This document shows positions 61,186 to 64,000 of a stretch of 64,000 nucleotides of DNA, piece by piece. Origin of the DNA: a virus; the IMG/VR virus record IMGVR_UViG_3300045049_000339, positions 1-64,000 of that record; one strand, given 5' to 3'. The notes beneath the pieces were generated by a model. That model saw nothing but the letters and a program-made list of their open reading frames with translations. It ran no database searches and was not told the origin of the DNA. The position numbers and the translations under genes are program-made. How positions within the stretch are numbered: position 1 is the first letter of the stretch; the number at the start of each line of letters is the position of its first letter.

Positions 61186-62043
61186 TTACTTGGCTGCGTC
61201 CAGCGCGTGACCCATGGCCTGGAGAATGGCTGGGACCAGGACCGGAGTGAGCTGCGCGGCGATGGCGGCCACCTGCGCGTCGGTCAGCTTCGGCGCGGCG
61301 ACGGCGCCGACGGCCACCTTGATGGCGTCCACCTCCGTCTTCAGCGCCGCCAGCGCGGCAGCGCTCGCCTTGGCGTCGTTGGCGATGTTCTGGACGGTCT
61401 GGTGCACGTCCGGCGAGTCGCCCGGACCCTTGTAGGCCCAGACATCAAGTGGAGTAGGCAAGTCAGTTCCTCCAGAAGAGTTGGAATTCGGGTACTGACC
61501 GAAGTCAGCCGTCTCGGAGTAGTCGACGTCGGCGTTGCCTCCGAAGAGGGTGTTCGCCTCCTGGTGAATGGTGGCGTGGGAATCCCACACGCCGCCGCTC
61601 CATGCGACGGTCTGCCACAGGTACTTGTACCCGGCGGCAGCGGCTCCGGCAATGACGTGCAGGCCGCCATACACGCCGACGTGGCCCTGTCCGAGGACGT
61701 TGGCGGCGCCAGCGAAATACTGCTCCACGCTGGCCCAGTCGGTGTCGGTGTCGACAGCGAAATGGATGACAGCGGTGGCGGGAAGACCGACTGCGGCGCG
61801 CTGTTCGCTGGCCGTACGGGCGTCCGCCTGACCGGCCGCGTAACCGGCCAGGGCGCGTGTCGTGGTGGTCTCCCACACGCCGACGATGGCGAGCCCGGCG
61901 GCGATGTACTCCGCGACGAGAGCGTGCGTCAGGTTCTTGCTGGGGTCCTCGGAGTAGTACCCGGCCGCCCAGTGCGCACCGGCCGCCTTGGCTTCAGCGG
62001 CCGTGGGCTTGGTCCAGGCGAAGTCAATTCCCATCACCGGCAT
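61186..62043 (-). CDS. endolysin, DUF1906/GH25-like glycoside hydrolase
   Basis: GIDFAW...YYS..PSKNLT...VWET...IHFAVDTD...GVYGG...WQTVAWSGG...DVD. Confidence 0.85.
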   Translation of the reverse strand: MPVMGIDFAWTKPTAAEAKAAGAHWAAGYYSEDPSKNLTHALVAEYIAAGLAIVGVWETTTTRALAGYAAGQADARTASEQRAAVGLPATAVIHFAVDTDTDWASVEQYFAGAANVLGQGHVGVYGGLHVIAGAAAAGYKYLWQTVAWSGGVWDSHATIHQEANTLFGGNADVDYSETADFGQYPNSNSSGGTDLPTPLDVWAYKGPGDSPDVHQTVQNIANDAKASAAALAALKTEVDAIKVAVGAVAAPKLTDAQVAAIAAQLTPVLVPAILQAMGHALDAAK

Positions 62044-62209
62044 TCGGCTCCCCTTTCACGATGTCCAGTATCGCAGCGTGGTGTTTCTCGTGGAGGCGTT
62101 TGATGTGGCGGTGATACCACCAGCCGAACAGACCGGCAACCGGTGCCCACAGCAGATCGGCCAGGATGTTCGGCCAAACCTGCGACCATGTATTCGACAG
62201 CCAGCTCAT
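62024..62209 (-). CDS. small membrane protein (lysis cassette)
   Basis: one TM segment VWPNILADLLWAPVAGLFGWW, directly upstream of the lysin. Confidence 0.6.
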   Translation of the reverse strand: MSWLSNTWSQVWPNILADLLWAPVAGLFGWWYHRHIKRLHEKHHAAILDIVKGEPNAGDGN

Positions 62210-62665
62210 TCAGGTACCTGCGTCAGAGATGAGCTTTCGGACGTACTTCGACGCCTCGAAATCAGAGGCGGAGGCGACATGCACACCACCTGGACCTCGA
62301 TGATGGGCGACGCAGAGTACCATGAGATTAGCTGGGCTCTCGACCCAGGCTCCCACTTTATCCTGGCTGGAGATGCCAGGGTAGTCCACTTCGAGCCATG
62401 CAAGGTCGACGCCGTTCTGAAGGCTGAACTCGACGTGGGCGTGGTGAAGCTCCAGGGGTTTGTCAAGGGAGCACTCAGAGAAATCGCCACGGTGCTTCCC
62501 AATGGCGCACTGCCACTTCTCTGGGTCCTTCTTCCACTCGCGGTGCAAATGGGAAAAATCAGCGTAGTGCGGATCGTCTTCGCGTGCTGGGTGTGGTGGG
62601 TAGTGCACGTCGTAGTGACTCGTGTGCGCCTGAACGTGAGCTGCAACAATCTTGTCGTCTGTCAT
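62210..62665 (-). CDS. His-rich HNH-like protein
   Basis: C.I...LELHHAHVEFS...ESPANLMVLCVAHHRG..GVH. Confidence 0.65.
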   Translation of the reverse strand: MTDDKIVAAHVQAHTSHYDVHYPPHPAREDDPHYADFSHLHREWKKDPEKWQCAIGKHRGDFSECSLDKPLELHHAHVEFSLQNGVDLAWLEVDYPGISSQDKVGAWVESPANLMVLCVAHHRGPGGVHVASASDFEASKYVRKLISDAGT

Positions 62666-62672
62666 TTCTCCC

Positions 62673-62987
62673 CTATTTTCCGACGTGAACCGGGTCCAGC
62701 CATGCCAAGAGTGTGATAACGATTACGATGATGGAGAGAATGGTCGGCCAAACGAACCGCTTCCATTCCTTGTTGTCGTTCTCGGCTTCTTTTTGTGTGG
62801 TGATATGTGCTTCGATAACCGTGATTCGGTTGCTCTCTGCTTCCACGCGCCGGATCAGCTCGGTGACCTCAGTTCGGTCAGCTTTGGCGTCCAGCTTCCC
62901 TTCGAGTCGTCCAAGTGATCCACGGATGTCGCTCAGCAACTCCTTAACGCTGTAGGTGATCGAGGCCATGTCATCGCTGTCTGGCAT
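62673..62987 (-). CDS. coiled-coil protein with C-terminal TM segment (holin/XhlA-like candidate)
   Basis: heptads, then WKRFVWPTILSIIVIVITLLAW; RBS GGGAG. Confidence 0.6.
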   Translation of the reverse strand: MPDSDDMASITYSVKELLSDIRGSLGRLEGKLDAKADRTEVTELIRRVEAESNRITVIEAHITTQKEAENDNKEWKRFVWPTILSIIVIVITLLAWLDPVHVGK

Positions 62988-63091
62988 ATATGCTCCCAAG
63001 GGCTTGAAGACGGCGACCGGCACGTGCCCGTCACTTTTGATCGTACCAATTGAAGCATCATTCATGATCATCAGACCTTGCACTCATGAAA

Positions 63092-63120
63092 GCCCTGCAC
63101 CGGGCTTTCCGGTGCAGGGT
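63092..63120 (-). terminator. intrinsic terminator
   Basis: gccctgcaccgg-gcttt-ccggtgcagggt with a short T run on the - strand. Confidence 0.6.
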
Positions 63121-63137
63121 CATTCTTGCAGCCCGAG

Positions 63138-64000
63138 CTAGTTCAACTGCGTAACCCCGACCGGTGGCCAGGACGTGCCGGTCTGGTAATTGATCTGAGC
63201 GATGCTGGTCAATGCCTCCACATTCTCCGGCGCCATGATCATGTAGCAGTCGGAAATGTAGATCAGATTGGTAGGGCCAGGAGATCCACCCTCGGTGGGC
63301 ACGAGAGAGGCATAAGCGGCCGTGGCTGGCGGCGTAACCCAGTTGCTGACCTGAGTCCAGGTATTAGCCACGAGAGTGATGGTGTTGGACGTCGTGGAGA
63401 TGTACGCGCCCGAACTGTCCGCCCAGTTCACCGACAGGGAGAAGCTGGACGTACCGGTTGGAGAGTAGAACCAGCCCGTAGCCAGGTACCACGCCTCACT
63501 ACCGTATGTGGTCTGCTGCGCTGGAAACTGCTCCGAGGACACATATGCCTGTGTGAAGCCGCCTGTGGGCGTCAGCAGGCCGGAGAACGCGAAGCCGCCG
63601 TGCGTCTGGGCGCTGGACTGCGTGATCGTCCCGTTGGTGGCCGTCCATGGGCTCACACCCGAAGTGAACGTCGGATTCTTGTTCAGCGCGTTGTTCGGCT
63701 GCATCGTCACTTCGATGATGCCGGTCTGAATGCCGTTGTTGCCGTACGCCAGCGTCGACCACTTCTGGTAAACAGTGCTCTGCACACCACCCAGAAGGTC
63801 TTCAACAGTGTGAATGATCGGGTTGGTCAGCGTCGTGTCGTACACGGTCAAGGGGACCGAGACACCGCTGAAAAACGTCGACCACGTATTCTGATGGCGC
63901 AGGGAGTTCTTCGCGTCCGGATAGACGCCGAAGTTCAGACCGATTCCGACGTAATCGGAGTTGCTGGCGTTCTGCGTTTCCTGAATGACCACCCAGTACG
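63138..64000 (-). CDS. minor tail protein C-terminus with carbohydrate-binding-like module (5' end outside the window)
   Basis: NALNKNPTFTSGVSPW...HGG..SGLLT...ANTWTQV...PPATAAYA...YISD; Thr/Ser-rich; position upstream of the lysis cassette. Confidence 0.7.
   Translation of the reverse strand, partial: YWVVIQETQNASNSDYVGIGLNFGVYPDAKNSLRHQNTWSTFFSGVSVPLTVYDTTLTNPIIHTVEDLLGGVQSTVYQKWSTLAYGNNGIQTGIIEVTMQPNNALNKNPTFTSGVSPWTATNGTITQSSAQTHGGFAFSGLLTPTGGFTQAYVSSEQFPAQQTTYGSEAWYLATGWFYSPTGTSSFSLSVNWADSSGAYISTTSNTITLVANTWTQVSNWVTPPATAAYASLVPTEGGSPGPTNLIYISDCYMIMAPENVEALTSIAQINYQTGTSWPPVGVTQLN

Noticed and set aside
1-64000. Integrase/att site, reverse transcriptase (DGR or retron), group I/II intron, intein
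   Set aside because: No recognisable catalytic motifs, and polA, helicase and primase are uninterrupted; lifestyle cannot be called from this window

Overview
The window is part of a high-GC actinobacteriophage genome. A Streptomyces-like host is inferred from the HrdB-type TTGACA-N17-TA(C/G)(A/T)GT promoters, tRNAs without encoded CCA and a DUF1906-type lysin. From about 1.5 to 61.1 kb the + strand carries densely packed early/middle genes. These include many small hypotheticals, HU, a macrodomain, Nudix, a GT-C glycosyltransferase, ParB-like, AAA+, vWA, SLOG and RlaP-like nucleotidyltransferase genes. They also include a replication module (primase-helicase, family A DNA polymerase, RuvC-like, SNF2 helicase, PD-(D/E)XK nuclease, Sak4-like ATPase, SSB) and a tRNA region with 9 tRNAs. 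The - strand carries two NUMOD4-HNH genes at the left end and the end of the tail/lysis operon at the right. The most striking content is RNA. (1) A promoter-driven array of five Y-RNA-like units sits directly upstream of a Ro60/TROVE gene. Four units hold a complete circularly permuted tRNA cloverleaf, and each of the five displays a different anticodon-like loop. (2) A second permuted tRNA-like RNA with a phased hexamer-repeat leader follows a conserved helical protein gene. (3) Several more tRNA-ended RNAs have non-tRNA interiors, including a 181-nt RNA with alanine identity elements. All RNA structures were paired by eye and all protein calls come from motif recognition. No database search or folding program was run.
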